Source: Candidatus Woesearchaeota archaeon
GTDB lineage: Archaea; Nanobdellota; Nanobdellia; Pacearchaeales; GW2011-AR1
Direction of reading: 5' to 3'
Assembly (NCBI GenBank): GCA_964594115.1
Contig: CAZQLD010000002.1
Span: forward strand, 10,450 to 74,449
DNA: 64,000 bases
Shown here: positions 1-9,358 of the stretch, piece after piece
Layout of the letters: each line of letters starts with the position of its first letter
Position numbering within the stretch: position 1 is the first letter of the stretch
Position numbers and translations under genes: made by a program
The notes under the pieces: generated by a model
Seen by the model: only the letters and a program-made list of their open reading frames with translations
The model's database searches: none
What the model was told of the DNA's origin: nothing

Positions 1-52
1 ATATTGGTTCTTTATTATTTAATATAGTGGGTATGTTTTAAAACATTTTAAA

Positions 53-1042
53 ATGAAAAGGAAAATCATCAAGCAAGGGCATAATACTCTGACTATAACT
101 CTTCCTTCTGATTGGGTGAAGAAATTTAACTTGAAAGCAGGCAGTGAGATAGATTTAGTTGAAAGGGAAAACGGGTTATTTATTACAACAGAGAAAAATG
201 GAGAGAGTAAGAGGGCAGAGTTTAATATTGCCGGAATGGATATTCCAACAATATGGAAGCATTTTATGGCTGTTTATAGAGAGGGTTATGACGAACTTCT
301 AGTTAAATTTCCTAAAGATATTAAGTTAGATAGTCCTTATAAATTTCTTACTGTCCATAGATTAGACCAGAGATATGGAAAAGCAAGAGAGAAAAAGACA
401 ATACTAGGAGTATTGCAGGGATTTGTAACAAGATTTATTGGTTATGAGATAGTTGACCATGGAAAAGATTTTATCATTGTTAGAGAAATGGGAGAACTGA
501 CTAGCAAGCAGTTTGACAATTCTCTGAGAAAAATATTTCTCCTTCTTCAGGAAATGTCAGAAGAAACTTTAGAGGCTATTGAAACCGGCAACCCTAAGTT
601 ATTAATACAGATTCATGATGTGGATGTAAATCTAGATAAGTTCCATGATTATTGTGTCAGAATATTAAATAAAACAGCAAATAAAGAACCCAGGAAGTCA
701 GAACTCTTATTTGCTACACTTTATATTTTGGAGATGTTAGGAGATGAATTTAAGCATATCTCCCATCATCTTGTTCAGGATTTTCCTAAATCTAAGTTAA
801 AGAATATAAAAGACCTGGCAAAATCTGTTAAAGAACAAATGGATGTTTTTTATGATCTCTTTTATAAGTTTGAGAAAAGTAAGATTAAGAAAATAGCAGA
901 AATTGACAGCAGGAGTTATTTCAGAATTCCAGAGATGTATAAAAAAGCAAATGAAGATGAAAAAGAAATCTATCATCATTTAAGAATGATAGGAAGGTAT
1001 ATTAATGCTCTTCTTGAATTAAGGATTGAGATGGAATTCTAA
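53..1042 (+). CDS. Phosphate uptake regulator-like protein (AbrB/SpoVT N-terminal domain plus PhoU-like helical domains)
   Basis: N-terminal KRKIIKQGHNTLTITLPSDW AbrB-type motif followed by PhoU-like helices (LEMLGD). Confidence 0.8.
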   Translation: MKRKIIKQGHNTLTITLPSDWVKKFNLKAGSEIDLVERENGLFITTEKNGESKRAEFNIAGMDIPTIWKHFMAVYREGYDELLVKFPKDIKLDSPYKFLTVHRLDQRYGKAREKKTILGVLQGFVTRFIGYEIVDHGKDFIIVREMGELTSKQFDNSLRKIFLLLQEMSEETLEAIETGNPKLLIQIHDVDVNLDKFHDYCVRILNKTANKEPRKSELLFATLYILEMLGDEFKHISHHLVQDFPKSKLKNIKDLAKSVKEQMDVFYDLFYKFEKSKIKKIAEIDSRSYFRIPEMYKKANEDEKEIYHHLRMIGRYINALLELRIEMEF

Positions 1043-1076
1043 AGATTTTTATATTGAGTTTGTTTATTTTTTATAT

Positions 1077-1149
1077 AGCCCTGTAGTGTAGTGGTCAAGC
1101 ATCTTTGGTTCTGGGCCAAAGGACCCAGGTTCGAATCCTGGCGGGGCTA
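1077..1149 (+). tRNA. tRNA-Gln(CTG)
   Basis: Acceptor AGCCCTG/CGGGGCT with archaeal A1-U72, anticodon arm TTTGG-TTCTGGG-CCAAA, T arm CCAGG-TTCGAAT-CCTGG. Confidence 0.95.
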
Positions 1150-1215
1150 TTTTTAGGATTCGAAGCTGGAAGGGGTTATCAATAATTTTATATACTCTTT
1201 TTTCTTATATAATTC

Positions 1216-1464
1216 ATGGCAGAAAAGGAAATTGGAGTTGTTTCGAACTATTTTGACCATGTGCAAGCAGCTGCTATAAAACTTAAAGGAGCACTGAAAG
1301 TAGGGGACACTATACACATCAAAGGGGGAGATACAGATTTTGAGCAAGAAGTAGACAGTATGCAGATAAACAGAGAGGTCGTGAAAAAAGCAAAAAAAGG
1401 CGACGAAATAGGAATAAGGGTAAATGAAAAGGTTCGAAAAGGATATAAGGTTTATAAGAAATAA
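1216..1464 (+). CDS. Small translation-factor-like beta-barrel protein (U32 C-terminal/EF-Tu domain II-like)
   Basis: IGVVSNYF...LKVGDTIHIKG...FEQEVDSMQI...AKKGDEIGI...VRKGYKVY pattern. Confidence 0.75.
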   Translation: MAEKEIGVVSNYFDHVQAAAIKLKGALKVGDTIHIKGGDTDFEQEVDSMQINREVVKKAKKGDEIGIRVNEKVRKGYKVYKK

Positions 1465-1548
1465 GGTTCTTAAAAAGGAGTTTTATTTCTATTTGAATTT
1501 TTCTTAATTTCATAAGTTTTAAAAATAGTGATGCTTTTACAGGAGTAT

Positions 1549-1721
1549 GCTCCTGTAGTGTAGTGGCCAAGCATACGGGCCTCTCGAACAGGGAGTTTAC
1601 TTGATGAAAGGATAACTCTGTCTGCTTGGACAACTGTAATCTCTGGCGAAAACCAGAAGGTGAGTGTTTTTGCACTCTAAGGAGAACGCCCGTGACCCGG
1701 GTTCAAATCCCGGCAGGAGCA
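1549..1721 (+). tRNA. tRNA-Glu(CTC) with 100-nt intron at 37/38 (1587-1686)
   Basis: Acceptor GCTCCTG/CAGGAGC; exons rejoin as CGGGC-CTCTCG|C-GCCCG; central splice helix CTCT/GGAG followed by an AA-C bulge; T arm CCGGG-TTCAAAT-CCCGG. Confidence 0.92.
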
Positions 1722-1858
1722 TTTATAATTTAATTTGTGCTCGTAGGCGGGCTTTATAAGCCAACCTAATAAGAATAGGGCATAGCACTAATTCCTCACC
1801 ACCCCCTCGCGGGGATTTGAATGATTGACTGTTTAAATAACATTTTACTAAAATAAAT

Positions 1859-2206
1859 ATGGAAAAACTTATGAATATTTGGGCAAAGATTAATTCAATA
1901 ATCATTATCCCGCTTTTGATAGTTTTAGTTATATTCATTCCAGCAGTTTTTACTGAAGGAATTACAAAAGGAATGAATGCTTTATTGATAGGCATTTTTA
2001 TTATTCTGTTTTATTTGCCTTTAATTTATTATGCTTGGGTTAAGAAACCAAATAATAAAAAGATGAAGGTATTTGCAAAAATTACAACAGGTTTAACAGC
2101 TATTTTATCTATAAGAATTATGATGGTTGATAAAGATTTACAACTATTAATAGAAGCACTTATATTCTATGCACCATTATTCTATTACGCCTGGAGAAAA
2201 AAATAA
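1859..2206 (+). CDS. Hypothetical membrane protein (about 4 TM, internal FYxPLxYYAW repeat)
   Basis: Hydrophobic segments; repeated FYLPLIYYAW / FYAPLFYYAW. Confidence 0.6.
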   Translation: MEKLMNIWAKINSIIIIPLLIVLVIFIPAVFTEGITKGMNALLIGIFIILFYLPLIYYAWVKKPNNKKMKVFAKITTGLTAILSIRIMMVDKDLQLLIEALIFYAPLFYYAWRKK

Positions 2207-2265
2207 ATAAATTCTTACTCAGAATAGTTCTAGAAAATTTTCTCAAATAGAAATCTTTAAATACT

Positions 2266-2297
2266 GATAAATCAATAATATTATAGATAAATCAATA
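2266..2297 (+). promoter_or_regulatory. Tandem operator-like repeats GATAAATCAATA (20-bp spacing) between the TATA box and the HTH-MNT gene
   Basis: Identical 12-mers at 2266-2277 and 2286-2297, just downstream of TTTAAATA. Confidence 0.5.
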
Positions 2298-2305
2298 GAT
2301 GGAAA

Positions 2306-2968
2306 ATGGTAAAATTAGAAAGAAAACAAGAAGAAGGTTTTCGTGCAATTTTTGGAAACTTAGAAATTTCTCATTTAGAAGGAACTATAATTGCCTCTTT
2401 CTTTCCAGAAGCTAAAGAAATGACTATAAAAGAAATTCAAGAAAGGATAGATTATTCTTATGAAAGAGTCAATTCTGCATTAAAATCCCTAACTGAAAAG
2501 AAGATTGTTGTTGAAAAGCAAAAAGGAAAAACTCTCATTTATTCTCTTGACACAAATAGTCTATATTCATATAGTTTAGGTTTTAATAGATATATACTTC
2601 AAAGAGAGGTCAATTTCATAAGAAAACATAGACCAATCTATAAAGCAATTCAAGAAATAGAAAATTATCCTTTTTCATGGAGTGTAATTTTATTTGGAAG
2701 TTATTCAAAAGGAACTGAAACTAAAGAAAGTGATGTTGATTTGATGGTTACTTGTATTCCTTCTAAAGAAAAAGAGGTAAACAATTTTATCAAATCATTA
2801 GAGCATAAATACGGGATTAATTTTTCTCCAGTAGTTTTGCCAATATATGAATTCTCTAATATTAAAAAAGATAATCCTGAGCTATGGAACGATTTAAAAT
2901 TGTATGGAATAGTATTTAAGGGAGGAGATTCATTTTATTATTGGATGTATAAAGATGCGAGCAGTTAA
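2306..2968 (+). CDS. wHTH-fused minimal nucleotidyltransferase (MNT) antitoxin
   Basis: N-terminal winged helix; LFGSYSKG...ESDVDL Pol-beta NTase motif; overlaps downstream HEPN gene. Confidence 0.85.
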   Translation: MVKLERKQEEGFRAIFGNLEISHLEGTIIASFFPEAKEMTIKEIQERIDYSYERVNSALKSLTEKKIVVEKQKGKTLIYSLDTNSLYSYSLGFNRYILQREVNFIRKHRPIYKAIQEIENYPFSWSVILFGSYSKGTETKESDVDLMVTCIPSKEKEVNNFIKSLEHKYGINFSPVVLPIYEFSNIKKDNPELWNDLKLYGIVFKGGDSFYYWMYKDASS

Positions 2969-3473
2969 TTGGTATATCAAGCAAGGGAAACTTTCAAAAG
3001 ATAATTCATATAAGAATCTAGCAAATAAATTCTTACAAAAAGCTAGACAGAACCTTATAACAATGAGCATTCTTTCTGAATTAAACGATAACGAAAAGGC
3101 AAGAGATTTACTTAAAACCCCAAAAGATTATGATTCAAATGAATGGGTTGTTATCACAGGATATTATGCAATGTATACTGCTGCAATCTCACTATTAGCT
3201 AAAATAGGTTACAGAAGTAAGAACCATACAGCAACTTTATGTGTTTTAGAAGAATTTTTTGTTAAAAAGAAAATTTTAGATGAAGATATCTTAATATTAC
3301 TCAAATCAGCGATGTTCCACAAAGAAGAAATTGAAAAGCTATCTGATGCGAAACATAAAAGAGAAATTGCTCAATATAGCATAACAAAACAAACAACAAA
3401 ATCTATTGCAGAAAAAATAAAAAAAAATGCTTATGACTTTATCAACAAGTGTGAAGAAATAATTAAGAAATAG
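2955..3473 (+). CDS. HEPN domain protein (toxin partner of MNT)
   Basis: GYYAMY..A..LL...G..SKNH and REIAQY HEPN motifs. Confidence 0.85.
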   Translation: MRAVNWYIKQGKLSKDNSYKNLANKFLQKARQNLITMSILSELNDNEKARDLLKTPKDYDSNEWVVITGYYAMYTAAISLLAKIGYRSKNHTATLCVLEEFFVKKKILDEDILILLKSAMFHKEEIEKLSDAKHKREIAQYSITKQTTKSIAEKIKKNAYDFINKCEEIIKK

Positions 3474-3536
3474 AAAATTAATTAAACTCCGACGACTTAT
3501 GTTAATTAATAATCATAAAAAAGAGGAAAAAGGAAA

Positions 3537-3836
3537 ATGAAAGAGAGGACAAGAAAACTTTTAGAGGAAATTATTAAAAACAGATCATATTTTGACGGAT
3601 GGTCTGTCGGGCATTTTATTTTTGGGGTGGTGGTTGGCTTGATATTAAAGAAAATAGGATTGCTGTTTATAACTTCTGTATTTGCTTCACTATCTGTTTT
3701 TATGTTGTGGGAGATTATAGAGCCAGGAGTTTTCAAGAAGGTTATTAAAAAAGAATTTCGTGAAAACAGAACAAATCAAATAATGGATATATTTTATGGT
3801 TTTGTAGGATTTTTAGTTTATTGGCATATTTTTTAG
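3537..3836 (+). CDS. Small membrane protein (DxWSxxH...WE motif family)
   Basis: FDGWSVGHFIFG, LWEIIE, EN..NQIMD; upstream AAAGAGG SD. Confidence 0.6.
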   Translation: MKERTRKLLEEIIKNRSYFDGWSVGHFIFGVVVGLILKKIGLLFITSVFASLSVFMLWEIIEPGVFKKVIKKEFRENRTNQIMDIFYGFVGFLVYWHIF

Positions 3837-3960
3837 AAGTATATACTTTTTTCTTGTTACCCCTTGAAAAAGACTTTTCTGGGAAAAATTTATAAAGCTG
3901 TTTTTATGAAGACTAATATAAAAACTGGATTTTATGTCTGGGTTTGATTATTAGTAGAAA

Positions 3961-5316
3961 ATGGAAACAGATAAATTTTATTATATAAATGTAAGTACTT
4001 TTCCTCCAAGAAGATGTGGGATTGCCAGTTTTGCGAAAGACATGATGGAAAATCTTGATTCAAATAACTGGATAGCGTTACCAATAGTGAGGAAATTAGG
4101 ATGCACATCCTATGCTATAAATCATCGTTTGCATATAGGGCCAGAGATAAAGCAAGATTGTCCTATTTCATATGATGCTGGTGCCGGATTTATAGTTGAT
4201 TATGCTAAGGAGTTAAGGAGTCAAGGAGGAGATTTGGGGTGTTTTATGAATCATGAAAATGGAATTTTTGGAGAAGATGATAGACAAGATAATGCTACAA
4301 GATTTTTGGAAATATTAAATGAGGGGAAAGTTGCTGTTTTTGGTGTAGGACATACTGTTCTTTATGATAGCAAGAGAGAAGATTTTATTCACAAAAGGAA
4401 TGTTTTAAAGAATATTTTAGAAAAATGTGATAAATTTGCTTGTTTAACAAATTCAGTTTTAGATATATTGATGGATGAAAATTTGTATGGCCCCAAATTT
4501 GGTGTTTCTCGGGGAAAATTAATTCATATAGCCCATGGGATACCTAAAATCAATATTCTTAAAAAAAGAAGTGAACTAAAAAGAGAATATGATTTTGTTA
4601 CTGAAAAAGGAGAAGACAAAAAACTTTTTACTTCTATAGGGTATATATCTAGAGCAAAGGGTTTGGAATTTGTGATTGAAGGATTGGATATTGTTTTAGG
4701 AAAAATTAATGGAGATGCTTTAGTTGGTTTAATTGCTGGGGGAACTCATCAAGAGGTATTGGCTAGAGAAGGTGAAAAATATAGAGATGAATTAATTGCT
4801 TTGGCTAAAACCAAAAAGAATATTCGAGGAGCAATTATCACCAGGGATGATAGTAGAAAAGAGAAAATTACAGATCTTTATGGAAAAACGTTGGGGAATA
4901 TAAGAGGAGCAAATTTAGTATTTCTAAATGTTCACCTTTCGGATGATGAATTGTTAAGAGTTATGAAGATGAGTGATTGCGGGATTATTGCTAATTTGGG
5001 AAAAGATCAAATTTCTAGTGGTCCTGGAGCTTATTGGATTGGAAGTAGTAGGATAACAATTGCTACAGAATCTCCTTTTTTTAGAGATATGGAAAAACAA
5101 GGCATAGGGCTTTTAGTCCCTTTTAGTGATTCAAAAGCAATTGCAGATAGAGTTCAACATGTGATAAGTTTATCTGAAGATGATTTTAATGAACTAGAAT
5201 TTATTGCCTCGGATTTTGGGTGTACTAATACATGGTCGATAGTTGGTAAACAATATCGTAATTTAATGGATAAGTTGATAAGGCATAAAGCTGGTTTAAG
5301 AGATGATTTTGATTGA
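3961..5316 (+). CDS. Glycosyltransferase family 4 (GT-B)
   Basis: STFPPRRCGIASF, HIAHGIP, GYISRAKGLE motifs. Confidence 0.8.
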   Translation: METDKFYYINVSTFPPRRCGIASFAKDMMENLDSNNWIALPIVRKLGCTSYAINHRLHIGPEIKQDCPISYDAGAGFIVDYAKELRSQGGDLGCFMNHENGIFGEDDRQDNATRFLEILNEGKVAVFGVGHTVLYDSKREDFIHKRNVLKNILEKCDKFACLTNSVLDILMDENLYGPKFGVSRGKLIHIAHGIPKINILKKRSELKREYDFVTEKGEDKKLFTSIGYISRAKGLEFVIEGLDIVLGKINGDALVGLIAGGTHQEVLAREGEKYRDELIALAKTKKNIRGAIITRDDSRKEKITDLYGKTLGNIRGANLVFLNVHLSDDELLRVMKMSDCGIIANLGKDQISSGPGAYWIGSSRITIATESPFFRDMEKQGIGLLVPFSDSKAIADRVQHVISLSEDDFNELEFIASDFGCTNTWSIVGKQYRNLMDKLIRHKAGLRDDFD

Positions 5317-6090
5317 TTAAACTCTTTTCTTGTATCTTCTTTCAATAGCTAAAAGGACAGCTGTTCCCACTACAACCAGTAAGAAAACATACACAAATTT
5401 TTGGTTTCTGATAGTTGAATAGAAAGACTCGTCTCCTTCTTTTGGGCGCAGTCCTCCTGTTACAGGGCTTCCTCCTGTAGTCAGTTTTTCATCTAAAATT
5501 CCTATAACATTTCCAGTTAGTGCAACACTGCTTCTTGTTATGGTTGTTTTGCCGTCAGTTACTTTGATATTGTAAGTTCCATCAGGGGCAATTAATCTAA
5601 AGCTTGTTTCTTCTCCTACTTCAAGGTCTATTTTTTTAGTTCCGAGAGTCTCGCCAATAATAATCTGGATAGTTTTTGTATATCTGGCATTTCCTATGTT
5701 TTTTACAATAAGTTTGTCTCCTTGTATTTCAAATCTCACTTCTTCATTCATTTCTATTGTAAAAAATTCTGTTACCTCTGCATCTTCATATCTGGCTGTT
5801 ATTGTCCAGTAGCCGTGTTTTGCTTTTTCTCCTAGATTTATATCAATTAGTTTATTTGACTGAATTGTCCTTTCTATTCTTGTTCTTTTTTCTGCATCTT
5901 CAATTATGACAACAACATTTGCATCAATTGGATTATTTTGAGCATCATAAAGTGAAACTTTGAATGTTAGACTTTCGCCTGCTGAAAAACTTTCTTTTGT
6001 TGTTGATATTTCTATTTTATTCTCTTGGGCCATAACAAGTGATAAAAGGGCTAGTAAAATTATGCAGACAGCTATCAGTCTTTTTTTCAT
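5317..6090 (-). CDS. Secreted, C-terminally membrane-anchored Ig-like protein
   Basis: Signal peptide, beta-rich body, C-terminal TM with basic tail. Confidence 0.65.
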   Translation of the reverse strand: MKKRLIAVCIILLALLSLVMAQENKIEISTTKESFSAGESLTFKVSLYDAQNNPIDANVVVIIEDAEKRTRIERTIQSNKLIDINLGEKAKHGYWTITARYEDAEVTEFFTIEMNEEVRFEIQGDKLIVKNIGNARYTKTIQIIIGETLGTKKIDLEVGEETSFRLIAPDGTYNIKVTDGKTTITRSSVALTGNVIGILDEKLTTGGSPVTGGLRPKEGDESFYSTIRNQKFVYVFLLVVVGTAVLLAIERRYKKRV

Positions 6091-6174
6091 TATAATTATT
6101 TCAATTATAAAGAATATTTAAACATATCGTTTAATAACAATAATTATTTAAATGATATTTTCGTTTCTTAAGTA

Positions 6175-9100
6175 ATGGAAAAAAGAGTTGCAATTAGGTA
6201 TTTAATATTTGGAATTATGGTTATTGGGTTGTTTTTAACTTTAATTATTCTCAGGTTAAAGGTAGATTTTATTGGCATTACTGGTTATGCTGTTTATACT
6301 ACTCAGGATATAGGGTATGTAGAAAGGGGTGTTTATTGGAATAAAATTGATAAGGGAGGGGGAAATTATAATCTGGAAATTTATAATGCTGTAATTAATT
6401 ATAATAATGGAACAGAGTATGAGCCAATTAGTTATGGTGTTTGCGGGAGTAATTGTTTTAGAAACTGGGATGGGCTTATTTACAAAACAAGCAGTGATTC
6501 TCAGAGAGCTTATATAGAATTATATGATGTGGATGGCAATATTATTACAAAATTTGGATTTGGAATTACAGGTAGTATTTTAGGAGCAAATCAAAAATAT
6601 AGTACTTTAAATTTTACCTGGACATGGACTCAGGAGCTGGATATGTCAACAAATGAGTATACTTTTAAGGCTTGGAATAACAGAGCAGATTTTAATTGGA
6701 CACAGGAATTTCATTTTTATCCTGATCAGCCAATGAAAATTAAGAATATTCTTGTGAATAATCTTGGGGAGGATATACTCAATGCAAAATTCTGGTACAT
6801 TCAGACTGTCGGAGCAGAAGAGGGTATATGGTTTAATGGAACAAAATATACAGAAGATGCTTTTAAAACAGGAGATTTTGATTCTTTAATGCCTTATGTT
6901 AAGTTTGAGGATGATTATATTTTTGATTATACTGATTTGTTGGCAAATGGTTTTAACATAACTGACTTTTATTTAGGAGATGGAGAGATTATAGGGGTAA
7001 GTGGGATAAGGATGTTGGCTATTGGAGTTACAAGAGGGTCTAGCACTTTTTCAGATGGGCTTATTGTGACAGTAGACCCAACAGTAAAAATTGGCGGGAG
7101 TGGAAATGGTGAGGATGTTTATGTTGATAAATCAACTCCAAATAGAAATCATGGAGATAAAGATTATCTTAAAGTTCAGAAACTAACCTGGCAGAGAGCT
7201 TATTTGAAATTTAATATATCTGAAATTCCTTCTGGCCAGGTAATTGACAATGCAAGCTTATGTTTATTTATGTATGATGATCAGGGAAGCAATATACTTC
7301 TTGCTAATCATGTTTATGATGATTCTTGGTGTGAAGGAGATGGTGGGACAGATGGAAGTCCTGCTTGTGAAGTAACCTGGAACAACCAGCCTTGCGGAAC
7401 TGAAAATGAGTATTTAAATGCAAGCAACTGCAATACAACAGCAGAGACAAATTTGTCTAATGATGGAAGTTTAGATGATACATGGCAGTGTTGGAATGTC
7501 ACTAATATGATTAAGACAGAGTATGCTTCTAGTAATGAGTTAGTTTCTATAATCTTATGGACTATAGACTCTGGAAATGCAGATTTTTTTCATACTAAAG
7601 AGTATTTTAATAATAGTGTATGGCCTTATCTTAATATAACTTATCATACTGCTAATACTGCACCATCTATGAGTCTTGTTTTACCCCAAGATGGAGCAAA
7701 TTACGGAAATAATGAGTCTATTGAATTGAATTTTTCTGTTTCTGATGCTGAAAGCAATATAGACAGTTGCTGGTATAGTATTAATAATGGAAATAATATT
7801 ACAATAAATAACTGTGTAAATACAACTTTTGATGTTCCTGGAGATGGCTCTTATATTCTGAATATTTATGTAAATGATAGTTACGGATTAGCGTCAGAGT
7901 CCAGTTCAAATTTTTCAGTTCAGGTAGGTGCTCCAACAATTGTTTTGCATTCTCCTATAAATGTTTATTTAAGGTATAATAATATTGAGTTTGATTACAC
8001 TCCAACAGATATTGATTTAGATAGTTGTGAATTGTGGGGGAATTTTACAGGCAGTTTTGGATTAAATCAGACAGATACAAATGTTATTAGTGGAATTGTG
8101 AATAGTTTTAATCTTGATTTAGAAGAAGGCACTCATCTTTGGAATATTAGATGTAATGATTCTTTAGGAAATTCTGTATTTAATGGAAATAAGACATTTT
8201 ATGTTGATACAACAAATCCTGATTTAAGCATAAGTGAACCTTTTGGGAGTAAATCAAGCAGAACAGGAATTCCATTGACCTTCAGTGTTTCTGATACTAA
8301 TTTAGAAAGTTGCTGGTATAATGTTGAGTGGGCTACTGGTGGAATTGTGATTGCAAATACTAGTATAGTAAACTGCACAAATATTGTTTTTGATGTTTCT
8401 TCAGATGGGAACTATGTTTTGAATCTTTTTGTAAATGATTCAGCTGGCAGTTCTAATTATACTAGTTCTAGTTTTTCTGTTACTACCTCAATTCCTAGTC
8501 CGCCTTCAGGCGGAGGAGGCGGTGGAGGAGGTTCTGTAGTTTTAAGTTTAGGAAAATTAGAGCTTAGCCAAATTTCAAACTTAATTGTAGACCCCGGTGA
8601 GAGTAAAAAATTAGTCTTAGGAGTTAAAAATATTGGGAAAATATTTTTAAATGATTGCAAGGCAAAAGGAAAAGGAGAAAATGAAGGGTGGATAATATCA
8701 GAAGGAATAAAGGGGCTAAGTGCAGGTGAAGAATATGATTTTATTTTCACTTTAAATATTCCTAAAGCATTAGGGGCAGGTTCATATAATTTAGAACTAG
8801 AGGTAGTATGCCAAGAATCTAATGAGTCAGTTAATTTTAGTGCAGAAATTATTGAAAAAAAGTTGAGTGTAGATTTAATTACTGTAGAAAAGGGAAGTAA
8901 AGAAGGAGTTAAGATTATTTATTCTTTAACAGAGCTTTCTGGGTTTGATCAGGAGGTAAGAGTAGAAATTGTTTTATTTGGAGAGAATAATGAGAGATTA
9001 GCAGAAAAATCAGAAAGCAGGAAAATACTGGCAGGCTCAAATAAAGAGTTCGAAACTATTCTTAATAACCCTGAAAATTTGGCTGGAAGCGTTAATCTTT

Positions 9101-9318
9101 TGATTAATGCGATTTCTGATACTTCTTCAGCTTTTGTGCAAGAAGACATTGTTTTAGGAGATTCAAAGATTGGAGGGTTGGCTATTTTAAGTGAATCAAC
9201 TAGGGATATTGTTTTTAGTGTCTTTTTTATTGCTGTATTTGTAGTATTAGCTTTCTTTATAATAAGAAGGATTTTTAAGTTGAGAAAACTGAAGAAAAAG
9301 GGAAGTATAGGATTGTAG
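6175..9318 (+). CDS. Large cell-surface glycoprotein (DNRLRE-like domain, Ig-like repeats, poly-Gly linker, C-terminal TM)
   Basis: EDVYV..PNRNHG...RAYLKFNIS..P.GQVIDNASL...PYLNITY; many N-x-S/T sequons; GGGGGGG; C-terminal anchor. Confidence 0.75.
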   Translation: MEKRVAIRYLIFGIMVIGLFLTLIILRLKVDFIGITGYAVYTTQDIGYVERGVYWNKIDKGGGNYNLEIYNAVINYNNGTEYEPISYGVCGSNCFRNWDGLIYKTSSDSQRAYIELYDVDGNIITKFGFGITGSILGANQKYSTLNFTWTWTQELDMSTNEYTFKAWNNRADFNWTQEFHFYPDQPMKIKNILVNNLGEDILNAKFWYIQTVGAEEGIWFNGTKYTEDAFKTGDFDSLMPYVKFEDDYIFDYTDLLANGFNITDFYLGDGEIIGVSGIRMLAIGVTRGSSTFSDGLIVTVDPTVKIGGSGNGEDVYVDKSTPNRNHGDKDYLKVQKLTWQRAYLKFNISEIPSGQVIDNASLCLFMYDDQGSNILLANHVYDDSWCEGDGGTDGSPACEVTWNNQPCGTENEYLNASNCNTTAETNLSNDGSLDDTWQCWNVTNMIKTEYASSNELVSIILWTIDSGNADFFHTKEYFNNSVWPYLNITYHTANTAPSMSLVLPQDGANYGNNESIELNFSVSDAESNIDSCWYSINNGNNITINNCVNTTFDVPGDGSYILNIYVNDSYGLASESSSNFSVQVGAPTIVLHSPINVYLRYNNIEFDYTPTDIDLDSCELWGNFTGSFGLNQTDTNVISGIVNSFNLDLEEGTHLWNIRCNDSLGNSVFNGNKTFYVDTTNPDLSISEPFGSKSSRTGIPLTFSVSDTNLESCWYNVEWATGGIVIANTSIVNCTNIVFDVSSDGNYVLNLFVNDSAGSSNYTSSSFSVTTSIPSPPSGGGGGGGGSVVLSLGKLELSQISNLIVDPGESKKLVLGVKNIGKIFLNDCKAKGKGENEGWIISEGIKGLSAGEEYDFIFTLNIPKALGAGSYNLELEVVCQESNESVNFSAEIIEKKLSVDLITVEKGSKEGVKIIYSLTELSGFDQEVRVEIVLFGENNERLAEKSESRKILAGSNKEFETILNNPENLAGSVNLLINAISDTSSAFVQEDIVLGDSKIGGLAILSESTRDIVFSVFFIAVFVVLAFFIIRRIFKLRKLKKKGSIGL

Positions 9319-9358
9319 TTATAGAAAGATTTTTAAATGTAAGTTATTTTTAGTCAAT

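Noticed and set aside
1600..1655. Possible hammerhead ribozyme in the tRNA-Glu intron (TGATGA...CGAAA)
   Set aside because: Core is TTGATGA rather than CTGATGA, and the three-stem junction cannot be built.
1319..1675. 118-aa minus-strand ORF
   Set aside because: Antisense to a real CDS and to tRNA-Glu; shadow frame.
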